From positions 272,091-336,090 of the forward strand of contig RHPI01003009.1 of assembly GCA_009103225.1 (NCBI GenBank): a stretch of 64,000 nt of DNA, in the 5' to 3' direction. Each line of letters begins with the position of its first letter. Position 1 is the first letter of the stretch. The stretch is from Chlorokybus atmophyticus (Eukaryota > Plantae > Mesostigma and Chlorokybus algae). The translations under genes and the position numbers were made by a program. The notes beneath the pieces are model-generated. The model did no database searches, had not been told where the DNA came from, and saw only the letters and a program-made list of their open reading frames with translations. Below, piece after piece: positions 46,974 through 59,594 of this stretch.

Positions 46974-48603
46974 CTATGAAAGGTGGCTCCACTCGCTGGG
47001 GAAAGAGAGAGGTGGGATCCTTCCGAAGTTGGTCTGTGCACACAGCAAAGCAATCAGCACACTCCAACATCCCTGCAACATACACTGCACGACTGTGCCG
47101 CCCGCATGCGCAGCTGTGGCAGTATCGTACCAGGATGTTGTTGTTGAAGGGGTCGGACAAATGGTCGAGCAAGTTCTCAACGGGGCCCTTGCCAGTGACC
47201 ATAGCCTGCACGGCGAAACCCAGGAAGGCGATCATAGCCAGACGGCCATTCTTGATCTCCTTGGTCTTGTTGACCTGCACCACACAGAGTTCATGTAAGC
47301 TAGCGGAGCACGAGGCATCCCACGGACGCCGTCACTGAAAAGAGCTTCCTACCTGGTCGGCGGGGTAGTTGAGAGGGTTGAAGAAGGGGCCGCCGGGGTA
47401 GGGGGCATCGCCGGTGCCCTTGAAGGCGCCCTCCAGGCCCAGGAAGTACTGGGTAGCCTGGGAGCCGGGCTTCTGGTAGTCAGCCCAGCGCTTGACCTCA
47501 ACGAAGTTGAAGAGGATGATCATGACCCAGAACAGGGTGTAGGAGTCGGCCCAATACGGGTAGCTGCCCTGGGGAGGGACGGCGCCAGCCTTGAACCACA
47601 CCAGCCTGGTGGACTCGGGGATGATGCCGAGCTTGCCGAACACCTCGGGGGCGAGGATACCGGCAACACCGAGCATGGCGAAGCGACCGTTGATGATCTC
47701 ACCATACCTGATTCACATCAACAGTATCAACACACAAATTCCAGTGCATTGTACGTGCCCGCTTCCTGTCAGACCCATGCCTGACCTCAGCCAAGCGGGG
47801 TCAACGAAGCCACCAGCGCCCTCGGGGTCGCTGAGGCCAAGAGGATCGAAACCGAAGTCACCGGGAAGGCTGCGGACAAATTGAGTCAGTTCGAATGTTC
47901 TGAACCACTGCCTGCAGCAGATCACATGAGGCTTTCTCGTAGGACGTACCTGCCATCCAGGTAGGCGAGGGACTGTGGGGAGGCGAACCACAGAGTGTCC
48001 TTGGAGCGGTCCCTCTGCAGACACCAGCTGGGGATGAGAACAAAGTCCTCATAACGGGGGACAATAGCATAAGTTCAACTTCAACTGAACAATGCATAGA
48101 GTGGTCTAGTAAAGCGGACGGTGAGGTGCAGATAGGTTGGATGTGAAGCGGTTGACCACCCTTGCGAACGGAGCATAGGACGTAGCACGTGGCACAATGC
48201 AGCACAACACTACGTTGGCATGCGCCGATCGCATGCTTTGTAGGCAATGTGATCAGGTGATGGCCACCAACGACTACAGCTACTGTGTCCAGCGCGCTAC
48301 CGCTCACACAGCAAGCCCCAAGTAATGTCGTTCAATCAGACACAACATGCGGCAATGAGCTGCACGTGCTTCCAACTTGTAAGGGTAAGTTAAGAAATCA
48401 CCGGCATGCACACGAAAGCCCACCAAAGCCATGCCTGTGAACGGTCCTACCTTGGCGGGAGGGGCGGCGTCAGCGCGCACCGAGAGGCGGGCGGGCGCAA
48501 GCTGCACTGGCGCAACGCGTGCGCGGGGAGCCACGGGGGATCCGGCCAGGAACCCCGGGCGCACGGTGACGCGGGCCATGGTGGTGGACGCAGCGGCGGC
48601 CAT
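46974..48603 (-). CDS. LHCA3: Photosystem I light-harvesting protein LHCA3, multi-exon, with transit peptide
   Basis: [103 protein letters not shown] and [15 protein letters not shown]. Exon 1 is 48451-48603 and exon 2 is 47950-48014. Confidence 0.9.
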
Positions 48604-51600
48604 TGTTGCTCCTGCAGTTCCCCGCTCCTGACCCCGACAACAACAAGTTCCTCACCGCCCACACGCACTGCACCCTCTCAACCCCTCTCCACTTTGCGCA
48701 CAAGTCTAAGGCGCTATCCGTTCTACGGAAACCGCCTGCGGGACGGCAGGAAGGTTCCCCTGCAGCCGCAACCTGCCCGGCACTGCACTAGGTAAACCGC
48801 CTGCCTTTAACGCCTGCATGCAAGTGAAAATGAACTGCATGCGGCGGATAATCGAGCTGAGCCGTCAACTCGCCGCTAGCCGGACGCGCCGGTCGAGCTG
48901 ACCGGCGCAGCTCAAGGGGTGAGCTTGCTTGTCGGTCAGTAGGTCAGGGGCAAAGTAAGCATTGCGTTGAATAACCTGTTGTTGTCTCGGCCTTAAGACC
49001 GGTGCAAAACAGCGAGGTGGTGTCAGAGGGAGGGGTCTGGGGCGGGCCCAATCAGAGTTCGCGCAGAGATCGAGCGGATGCCGCCGAGAGCCATTGGCCC
49101 GCCCTTCGGTTGTGGAAAACGGCAACGGCAAACGGCGACAACAGTGCCGCTGGTGGTCAATCTCATGGAGCTGAGGGCACCACGCCTTGTCATACCGGTA
49201 GGTTATGGCTCATTATTTCGGAGGCCTACTGGCACAGAATCTGAGTTGAAGCTTGACTTCAAGTCATTGTCGTATCAAGGCTTATACTATTCATAAAGGT
49301 TTATCAACGGCAATGCGTCGTGGGTCGTTTGTGGCACGCAATTTGCGATGTGAGTTATCATATATGTAGACGAACGCATTATACTCAGACCTCGTTCTCA
49401 GCACAGCATGGGAGCCAAGCAAAGATGTGCTTGCACTGAGGTGTGCTTCTTTCGATCTATGCACGTTGTGCATACCGAGCATAAACCTCTCAATATGCAC
49501 AGTTGCAAATCATTGCATTTAACTATACGCTGTGGATGTTGAATATATCTTGGATGTATTAATAAAAGTTGGATAGTTATGCAGTGGTGGACCATTTAGC
49601 TGTGCTTAGATACTTTGTGCGTGTGCTTGTTTGTGCTGCATCAGGTGAAGTATGGCGGGAGGGAGATGTCTTCCCAAGCAAAGTGTGCATACATAGAGGG
49701 TGTGCATACATGGAGGTTGGACTGCATTACTCATTGTTTGATATGAATGGCCATAAAAAAGACTACCGTTGGTATCAGTAGTAATGGTCATCACCTTGTG
49801 CCACAATTTACTAAACAGCGATGATGATGCAAATATTTCATGTTGCCTTATGTTAATCTGGATCTGACAATTACACCTTTGCCTTAGCCCCGATCTAATC
49901 TGTCATTTGCTCTATCTCTTGCTTGTGTGTGCATTTGCGCATATCTACACTTTCGGCCCGTTTAAGATTGAGCTTGGCACAAGTTTAAAAGCTTTTATGC
50001 AAGTTGTGTATATGCGTATATGTATTCTTTATAAAATGCAACATTTTTATTGGTTGTTAAATCGCAGCACTTCGACACATCAGTACTCGATCCACTCAAT
50101 ACAGACGTTTCATGTTTTCTCTCTCTCATATATTTGAAATTGTATGTGAGACACATATCAAGTACATATATATGTGCATGGATTAAGCGCGCGCATTACA
50201 TGCATGTATAGCATGCTTACTCCGACATGTCGTTAACATTTTGCTACACTTACTTGTCATTCAGATGGCTCATAAGTTATGGGCAATTAAAATTCAACCC
50301 ACTTGTACGTGCATACAATATATTATCCTTATTACCTTTTCTAGCAGAAGAGCCTCGGCGAACGAGAGCAAACGCATGCATGTTTTTGATGGTGCATTGC
50401 GCATTCTGTGCATGCATACACTGTCAGTGTACACATAATATGAACATACACAAGGCGTGCATATATATAATATAATATACTATCGTATTGATTATTGTGG
50501 CATATCGCAAAAAAGAAAATCAATATGCAACGATTATGACTGCGAGTGCGGTGTCAACAAGTGCAAATATGTGCAGTGATGAAGCTATAGTCAATTCTGA
50601 GCATATTATATAACCTGAGTTACAATCATACCTTAATTATGCTTAACTTAATGGGACATATTAGGTTCATCCGATTGCAAACTTTATCTGAAAACAATGG
50701 CATACTACACTTAAGGTAGTATTGTGATGTCACGCTATGATATTTTGATGATGTGAGTGACTGGCTTGGCTAGCCAGCGGCCAATCACCAAGGTGACGAA
50801 TCTCACCATTGCTTGAGTAAGTAGCAGCCTCGGTCGGCAACACATTACGAAGTGGCGAGACAAACAGTACTGCATGCTAATGCGCTATATAAACATTTTG
50901 TGGATCATCAAGCATAGACAAGGCAACAATTCCATGCAGAGACGCAAAAGCCAATTGACACGACTGTGTCACACTCTTTAGCACCAGTAGTTGTGCATCA
51001 TGTTGAGTGGCTTAAGACAAGTAAGTGAAAAGCGCTCATGTACCAGCTGCTTGCATGAGCATTGTTACACCAAAATGGCAACTTTTGCTGGTTTTGATCA
51101 GAATGCACACAGCAAAATGATTGTGTGCTCTTTGATTTTGTTAACTAAGATCAACGTCCTACGAATGCATGCACACAACGCGCGCGCGCGGGGGGCTAGG
51201 CTTACAAAGGATCTCATGAGGACTCTTGTTCAGAACTCTGGGTGTACGGTGATCACCGCGTACCCAAAGTTCATGACCGCGGCGGGCCATGGTGGTTTCA
51301 CGTGGCGGCGGCCATTGCTATTGTTACTCTTTCCCGCTCTTAAGCCAGCCAGCAACAAGCTCTTTACCACCCACAACCACAACACATGCTCATTTCTGTG
51401 CACGTGCCAAAGTTTAAGGCACTATCCAATATTCCAAAATCGAATGTGTAAAAATTGATGAATCGGTCCATCCGATTCACAAATGATTTGTCAGTCTTCG
51501 TTGCGGCTTTTTGTCACCCGGTGCTACGCTACGCCAATCGCCTGCAACAACACCGCAAAGCGCATGCGGCCAATAATTGTGCCCTCCACTAGCTTACCAA

Positions 51601-53151
51601 ACATGCTGCAGTTTAGCAGCTAAACGAGCTGACCCGCTTGGTGGCCGGGTTTGGAGCTATGCGTTGGTCATGCTTGACGAGCAAACCCTGCTTAAAGGCT
51701 AGTTATGGAGCTATGCGTTGGTAAGAGCAATGTTATTACCAAACCATATACCCTCAATTACAATTGTTAACTTAACGACCTGCATGCATGACTTAATGGC
51801 ACAATTCTCATCACGCCTTTGGCACGTTACAAAAAAAGTAATACCACCGCATTCATTTTCATGTCATATAGGTTGATGCACCGCAGGTACAAGACATATG
51901 CAACGGATTGAATTGCAACCACACACGCTGTGTGGCAGATGATTGCGCATTCATGTGCATGTTTGCATGACTGACGGGGTGCTAGCAGTAGTGTGGGTAG
52001 TGAGTGAGGTGAAGTAGAAAATTAGCCCGGCGGTGTTAGTGTACAGAGTATGCACGTGATGTATGTAGCATGCACGACACATGCATGGACACTTCACCAC
52101 AACCACACTCACCACTATCACGACCACCGTGTATGGAATATCTGTCGTATAAAAGTGATTGCTATGACCAGCACTATGCATGAGCCATTCTGTTGCGTAT
52201 TGTTTGTACAAGCAAGCAATCACACCACAACCAAGACAAGGCCTTGGGAAGTTCAACAATATGTGCACTTGCTAGCTATCTATGTGCGCTAGCTTTGTGC
52301 ATGCAAGGTGGGGCGGGGGCAAGCAGAGCCAGGGTATACACTATACGCATGGTGTCATGCTTTATAACGTATAATATAGTATTCAAGGATTGTGTGAACA
52401 TTGTTGCAAGCGAGCAAGTGGCTAAGTCAAATGCAGCCTCAATTGGTGACATTAGTGGCAAGATAAACAATACTGCATGCAAATGCGCAAATCATACACC
52501 TTACACATTACAAGGTGCAGACCGGCCAACAACTCCAGGCACTGATTCATAACGCAAAAGCCAACTGACATGACTTTATCACACCATTCACCACTAGCAG
52601 ATGTGCAACATGTTTGGTGGCCTCAAAAGAGGACACACAAAGCGATCCTATAGCGGCTCACAACAACTTCCCGTGAGCAGCGTGACACCAATATGGCAAC
52701 GTTTGCTGGTTGCAGTTATGGTGCTAGGCGCGGCAGGTCGTGTACTCTTTGGATCCAACCCATCAGATGTCCTGCATCCTGCGAACGAATGCACATAAGG
52801 AGCAACGTCAGTTGAGAAGAAAGGCATGCAGCTAGGGGATGTTGCTAATGGTAACGGTGATGATACACTACGTATGTCTTAGATGGCGAGCACAGACATA
52901 GCAATGTCACAGAGTTGTCACCATAGACACAGCGCCATGTTCCATGCCTGGTTAAGACTACATATGTGTAAGTCAGGCTGTGCACCGAGGGCACAGCCTG
53001 TCTTTTTGTGGACACCAAATGCAGCTTACCTGTGTTATTGCACAACTGATGGCTGAAAGGCCATGACGAGACGCTTCACCACACAAACCCTCAATGACCC
53101 CTCTTCAACCTGCTGTAGACCTTACAGCAACCTGCACCATGCAGCACCCCT

Positions 53152-54862
53152 CTAGTCTACAATGAAAGAGTCGGTTCTAATGAAGTCCAGTCCATGCAGG
53201 GAACTTGCAGCAGGGTCGTCATCAGTGGCGAAGCGCATCTGTAGTTGGAAACAGCTTACATTATGTAACTTGTCACACGTGACATCACGAGCAGTACTTG
53301 CAACCGGTGCAACAGCACTCCACTTGACGCACAGCACCATAGCACACATTGCAAGTACATACGTCTGCGTCATTGAGGTCAACGCCCTTTGTCTTCAACA
53401 CCTCAATAAAGTGCTCAAAGCAGTCCCGTGTAGGCTTGTAATGTCCGGAATGAGCTAGAATGCGCTGCAACACAGTGACTGTCACCCATACGAATATGCG
53501 CAAAAAGTTGAAAGTATCATGTTGCATGTGCGGTCACAATGCTTGCAGTAGTGAAGTTCATGTGACCACAGCTGCGGGTTACCTTGAGTTTCCCTTCAGA
53601 GTCAGTCTCCAGTCGGCCAGCGGCAACGGCAGCTCCTCCGCTCAGAAAACTGGAGTGTTGAAAGATGCCCTTCTGCTTCTGTTATAGGGACAACAGCGAT
53701 GTGGGTCATTACTATGATGCAGTGCAGCCGAGCACGCAGTACGCACCGTGTGGACATACAGGGTGCCCTTGGTATCCATGACGAAAATGTACTTCAGCGA
53801 GGGCTGAGTGACCAAAGGAGCGCCAGTGTCATGCACAACCAACCGGCCGTCGATGATGTCCACTTGGTACTTGGACCGTTGGCCCTACATACACAACAAA
53901 TCAATCTTCTCAACTGCAACACAGGCTGCCCGACATGCAACTGTAAAGAGCAGCGCTGCATGTCGTTATGCCACCACTCACTGGTCCAAGGTAGGCAATC
54001 AACTGCTTTCTTAGCTTTTCCCTTGAGCATTCATCGCTTTCAACATCAACACCCTCACCGCAGTCCAACCTAAAGTGGCAATGCATGTCACAACACACCG
54101 CATTTAAGCTGTACAAACATACAACACGCAATGCAACCCACCAGTAAAAAAAGGGTTCCTGCGTCGGGCTGTCAAGCCACAGCTTGTAGTAAATGTGCAG
54201 GTTGTGGCCATATCGATGCTTCGAGTCCACCGCTTCCAGCCAGTGCTCAAGAGACAACTGCCTGGCAAACTCGTCCTGTGACAAGCCCCGGCCTACCACA
54301 GCCGCTTTGCGCGCGCTTCGCTGCCAATTGCTGCGTGCTATTTCAGAGCGGATGTCACCCGCTGCGCTCGTTCTGCGCGACGAAGATGATGCCAGCAAGC
54401 GGGCACTCTCAAGTATGGGCCACCTGCCAACATGAGAGCATAAGCACCCATGCATGTGGACAACATTGCACACGGAAGCTTGCCAATTTATCAAGCGACT
54501 GCCAGCTAGCATGCTCGGCAGCATAAACACCCGAGGCATTACCATAAGGCGTTGTGCTTGCTTAGGAAATGTCCGCTGAGCTCCCTTCTTACGCGGTAGC
54601 CCCTGTACAAGCGTTGTATTCGAGTCGCAGCTACCGAAGCCAGCGCACCATGCTTCATGCTGTAAGATCGGCTGAGCACAATGGCACCATCATCGGGACC
54701 ATTGCCTTCGACGCCAATTGGACTGCTACCGCCATTGCATGCTTGATCTTCGTGCTGTGGAGTTGGCGCTTGCTCTACAGCAGGCTGATGGTGCACTCCA
54801 TTCTCCTCAGTGCATGCTACTGCAGCACTATCAACATCTTGTCTCTGCTGATTGCACTCCAT
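53152..54862 (-). CDS. IQM-family IQ-motif calmodulin-binding protein, multi-exon
   Basis: IQ motif AATRIQRLYRGYRVRREL, LEHWLEAVDSKHRYGHNLHIYY, FFYWLDCGEG, KYIFVMD, FQHSSFLSGG...AAGRL and SGHYKPT are typical of plant IQM proteins. The last exon is MRFATDDD...FIVD*. Confidence 0.85.
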
Positions 54863-56540
54863 CCCAAGTGCACTTGTGGATGCAAGAATTTGACAATCAC
54901 TACGAGGCGCTTGGGGAGGGGCAGCCAGTCTTCCACCTGTGCAGACAATTAGCTTAGGTTTGGCAGGGCTGCAAGTTGGGTAAACACGAATCTACAGCCA
55001 GCACTTGCAGAACAGTCTCGGTCCTGTCGTGCGGCCAGCGACGTCTCCGGCCGCTCATCAGGCCACGTACTTTGTGCTCTATGTGTATGCCTGAGCCTCG
55101 CAGGCTTTTGTGCTGCGCAACGTGTGGCCGTTATGCCAGGCTATGCTACAAGTTGCGGCATGCATGCGCCTGTGCTTCGCAAGCATGAGCTCACCAATCT
55201 TACAACCGCGACACAGCCCCACCCAGCCCTCTACGACCCGCCAACTACGCTAGATTACGTTTCAGACTATGCAACAACATGAGAGCAAGCTCACCTCGGC
55301 ACTCCAATTCGCCGCTGCTCTGAGAGCTCTCCAACTTTCGACCAAGACTGTAGCAGCAGACGGCGGTGGCGCAGTGAACAGCAACTCTCTCGCCCACCAC
55401 CTTCGCCGCACTCTCGCCGCCGTCGCCGCCACTGGTTTAGGCTACGACTTACCAGCAGCCTGCTGCCGCCGCAGAGTCTGCGGCGCAGACTGTGTTCGCT
55501 GCGCAGGCTGCGTGCCGGTTGCCGACGCCATAGCGATACTTCCTAGGCGATACTTTCTATATCCAGTACGCGCGGATGAACAAACTAAAGGGGCGTTGGG
55601 ATCCACGGCCTGACTTCGATTCAATTTGACATTCTGAATGGGTTGAGGGCCTCAAGTTGAGGCCTACCGGTCTCCGGTAGGCCTACTTAGCTCCAATACG
55701 TGGAATGGTGTCACCACTTCATCTGCACTCACCACGATGTTGCACTTCCACCTTTTGTATTCGGTTTCCACAGTTCAGTATACTTCAGTTTGCTTCAATA
55801 TACTTCAGTAAAGGGTAAACACGCCAATACAGACTTTTTTGTATCATGCGTTGCTTTTTATATAAGTGTTGGTTTGATAGGTTTATAATGTGCGTGAATA
55901 TGAAAGTTATACAATACAAGTTGTTCAACTTGTCAAGGCTAAGATTAAGAAAACAATATATGCATGTAGCAACTTTTTGTGTGCATCAACGGTTCGATAC
56001 ATCATGTTGAGAGTTCGTGTTATCATATTTCAACACGTTTAGCAGTAGAATGCACATTCATACAATGAGGTGCTTCATGCAATTATTAGATGAACGCATT
56101 GTTGTAACTACAGACAACACCATACAGTTTGCACTCGCATGCCCATGTTTGTGAATGCAGCCATTGCAAGTTTGGGTAGGCATGCGAACAATCACAAGAA
56201 CAAACTATCTTAACGCATCACAATTACGCAGCCTGCTACCAACGACAATGCACGCCGCACGGACCCTCGGTGTTTTCGATAAAGTGTACATCGTTTGCAA
56301 GCGTCAGTCACATCAAGCAGGCAGAAATCGCCAACAACTCGCGCGGCTACAAGCGTGTTCTTACCCGTCCGTCCGCCGCGCACGTCGCCGCCCTCCGCCG
56401 GTGTCGTAGACAGGAGGCGGCTAGGCACGGCAACAACAAGTGAGCTGCCAGCCACCTGCCTTCTCTTGTTTGCGTAATCGCAACCTGCTGTCGCAACCTG
56501 CTCGCTGCTGAGTTAGGGTTTGGTTGGGTTGGTGAGCGGC

Positions 56541-58342
56541 ATGGCTGCGGTGGCGGGGCCGGCGCAGCTGCTGCTGGGACCGCCGCCGACAGGGTTGTCG
56601 TCTTCCTCCCCGTCGTCCTCTCTGTCCACCACCTCATTTCTCCCGCACAGGACGAGAAGGCGACCGCCGCCCTGGCAGACATTGCCCAGTGCGTGGTCCA
56701 CTCCCGCCTCATCGTCTGCCTCCTCCACCGCTTCTTTGCCCTCTTCCTCCTCGTTCAAGCTTGGCCCCTCCCGCTCTCATGCCAACAGGTAGGTAGTTGC
56801 AGTAGCCTTTGTTGCTTTGCTGGCTAGCTGCTTGATGTTCACGCCATGTATGGCAAGAAGAAGCTCTTTCTAACATTCATGCAGGCAGGGGCGGCGGTTA
56901 CGACAGGGGGCAGGGAGGAGGGCTGCGGTGAGGGCTGCAGCCACCACAGAGGAGGAGTTGATAAGGCCAGATGCTGTAGCATGTGGAGCGGCAGGGCCGA
57001 GGCCGGAAGGCACGCGCATCCGCCATGATGTCCTGCAGCTCATTGGCCGCACGCCCATGGTCATGCTCAACAAAGTGACCCGAGAGGTGAGTGTGTTGCT
57101 TGCCTTCTAAGCATTGCTGTCATGGGTTGTACATATAGTTGTGTTTACCTGCTCACCAACCAATACATGTGTAACAAACCTTGCAGTTCTGTTGTGCTCC
57201 ATGTGGTTCATACACGTGTGCAATGAATGTTTTCCAATGCTTCAGTCTCAGTTTTATTTAATGCTTTTTCGTACCCTCAGATTAGCATAGTCTTGCAAGT
57301 GACAGGCGTACAGTGCTCAGCTGGCATAGTGCAGTTCCACTTTCTGCAGGGCTAGTTGCGATCATGATATGTGCTAAACAAATGTTTGTTGTTGCAGGCA
57401 CGATGTGTTGCACGCATTGCTTGCAAGCTAGAGCTGGCAGAACCGTGTGTGTCCGTGAAAGATCGAATTGGGTACGCAATGGTTCTGGCAGCAGAGCGGG
57501 AGGGTCTGATCTCCCCCGGCAGGACAACGCTGGTCGAGCCCACCTCCGGCAATACTGGCGTGGGGCTGGCCTTCGTGGCCGCTGCACGGAAGTACGACCT
57601 TATTTTGACCATGCCCGAGACAATGTCGCTGGAGCGCCGCATCCTGCTGCAGGCGTTCGGGGCGCGCGTGGTGCTCACGCCAGGGCGTCTGGGCATGCGC
57701 GGCGCAATCGCCCAGGCGGAGCAGATTGTGGCTTCAACACCTGGCGCGTTCATGCCTCAACAGTTCCGCAACCCCGCCAACCCGCAGGTGCATTACGACA
57801 CCACGGGTCCCGAGATCTGGGAGGCCACGCATGGCGACATTGACGTGCTCGTGGCCGGGGTCGGGACGGGCGGCACCATAACAGGCGTCTCGCGCTACAT
57901 CAAGGACCCCGCGCGCAAGCCCAGCCTGCAGGTTGTGGCGGTGGAGCCTTCAGAGTCTCCGGTGCTCTCTGGTGGCCGCCCAGGATATCACCAGATCCAG
58001 GGCATTGGGGCGGGCTTTGTCCCCGAGGTCCTGGACATGTCTATAGTGGACGAGGTCTTCAAGGTCACTGGGCGGGAGTCCGTGCAGATGGCTCGCACGC
58101 TTGCGAAGGAGGAAGGCATCCTGTGTGGCATTTCCTCGGGGGCGGCAGTGGTTGCGGCACTGGAGATAGGCAAGCGCTCTGAGAATGCAGGCAAGCTGAT
58201 TGTGGTGGTGCTTCCGTCCTTTGGCGAGCGCTACCTCTCCACTGTGCTGTTCAAGGAGCTTTGGGCAGAGGACCGGACATCTGAAGATAAGCTGCCCCCA
58301 TCCTGGCGCAACACTGAGCACATCTTTGGCGGTGCCGGCTAA
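56541..58342 (+). CDS. OASTL: Cysteine synthase / O-acetylserine(thiol)lyase with organellar transit peptide, 3 exons
   Basis: Ser/Pro-rich N-terminus, [13 protein letters not shown]-lysine motif [50 protein letters not shown] and [10 protein letters not shown]. Confidence 0.95.
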
Positions 58343-59594
58343 AGCAAACATGTGAACTGATGGTGGTGGAGGTGGTGGTAATGCGAAGTGATGAACATTG
58401 CTTCTGTCTTGGCTTCCACTCTGCCAAGTCAGTGTCATTGTTATGGCAAAGCGTTTTGCGATGACAGTGCGCACTGACTTTTTTGTGACGACTGCGTATG
58501 TACGCTGCACATGCGACCTGTAGATTAGCCTGTGCATACATCTACAAGCCGTGTTATATAGATGTGTAACTGCAATTGCTGTATATAAGGGTACCACACA
58601 TTGCTGAAGCCTGCCTGCTCACTTTGGAAACACCCAATTTGCGCTGCTGAAACTGAGGCCATGCATAAACCATGTGGCTGACTGCCAGTCATCAGTTCCT
58701 GCTCCATGAGTCGAGGGCCCGCTGTACGAAATCAGCTTGTGCACATAGTAGCACACCCCTTTTGTACACTTAGGCTTCATTCAGCTCCTAGGTTACCAAG
58801 CTCTTGGGTCTGGTAACCTGCAACTACTGCCTGTGTAAACTCGTGTAATCAGTAGTGTACACTCGCCTTTGACACCGCTTCGATTCATTGCACAAGCCAT
58901 GTGACCGCCAGCTCATCAGGTTTGTCGGTCAGTGGAACTCAGGTCTGTGCCTGTTGCACGCGTTGTGTGCTGTTCTTCGACCGTGAGGTGCGCCGCAGAC
59001 TGAAGTATTGTAAAGTTACCAAGTCGGGCGCCATTGCCGTCCATGTCTGCACGGGCTCAAAGTGGTGAAGCACAGCAAAGTTAGGCGTTGCAACAATATT
59101 GGACAGTTCTTCGTGAAGAACTGCACATTAGCTTCAAGGTCAAGGGACCTTCAAGCTTATGTTACATACTCCAGAACACATAACCCTTGTTGATTGTCTG
59201 ACTAGCGATTTGCATCCTTATCTAAAACACTTGCATCCTCCTTGATACCATATACTGCGTCTTAGCCTGCTGTGCTGAGCATGCATCTGCTAAGTATTGC
59301 AGAAGGTGCTACCAATTATGACACCAAACAGCCCGACCATGCAGCTCAGGTCGGATGCCACAATGTCCATCCACCTACGCTATATCCTTTGGGACAGCAA
59401 AGCATACTGCAATCTGGCCGCGAGTCACGCCCATTGCGTAATACACAATTAGTTGCATTGGCTACAACGCGCAGCTTCATTTGGAATGTAGAATATAACA
59501 AACACATGCAAACAGCCAAAACTCAACAAGTAATCTAACTGCATACCCTGTACACAAAACTGTGAGCCATAACTCCGAACAGATGTCCCAACTG

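Noticed and set aside
48886-48908. 9-bp stem hairpin GCGCCGGTC-gagct-GACCGGCGC upstream of LHCA3
   Set aside because: It is short and GC-rich in a GC-rich promoter, so plausible by chance with no supporting repeat.
57371-58342. Long uninterrupted cysK-like exon as possible recent bacterial HGT
   Set aside because: The gene has upstream GT-AG introns, a transit peptide and host-like codon usage, consistent with an ordinary nuclear OASTL.
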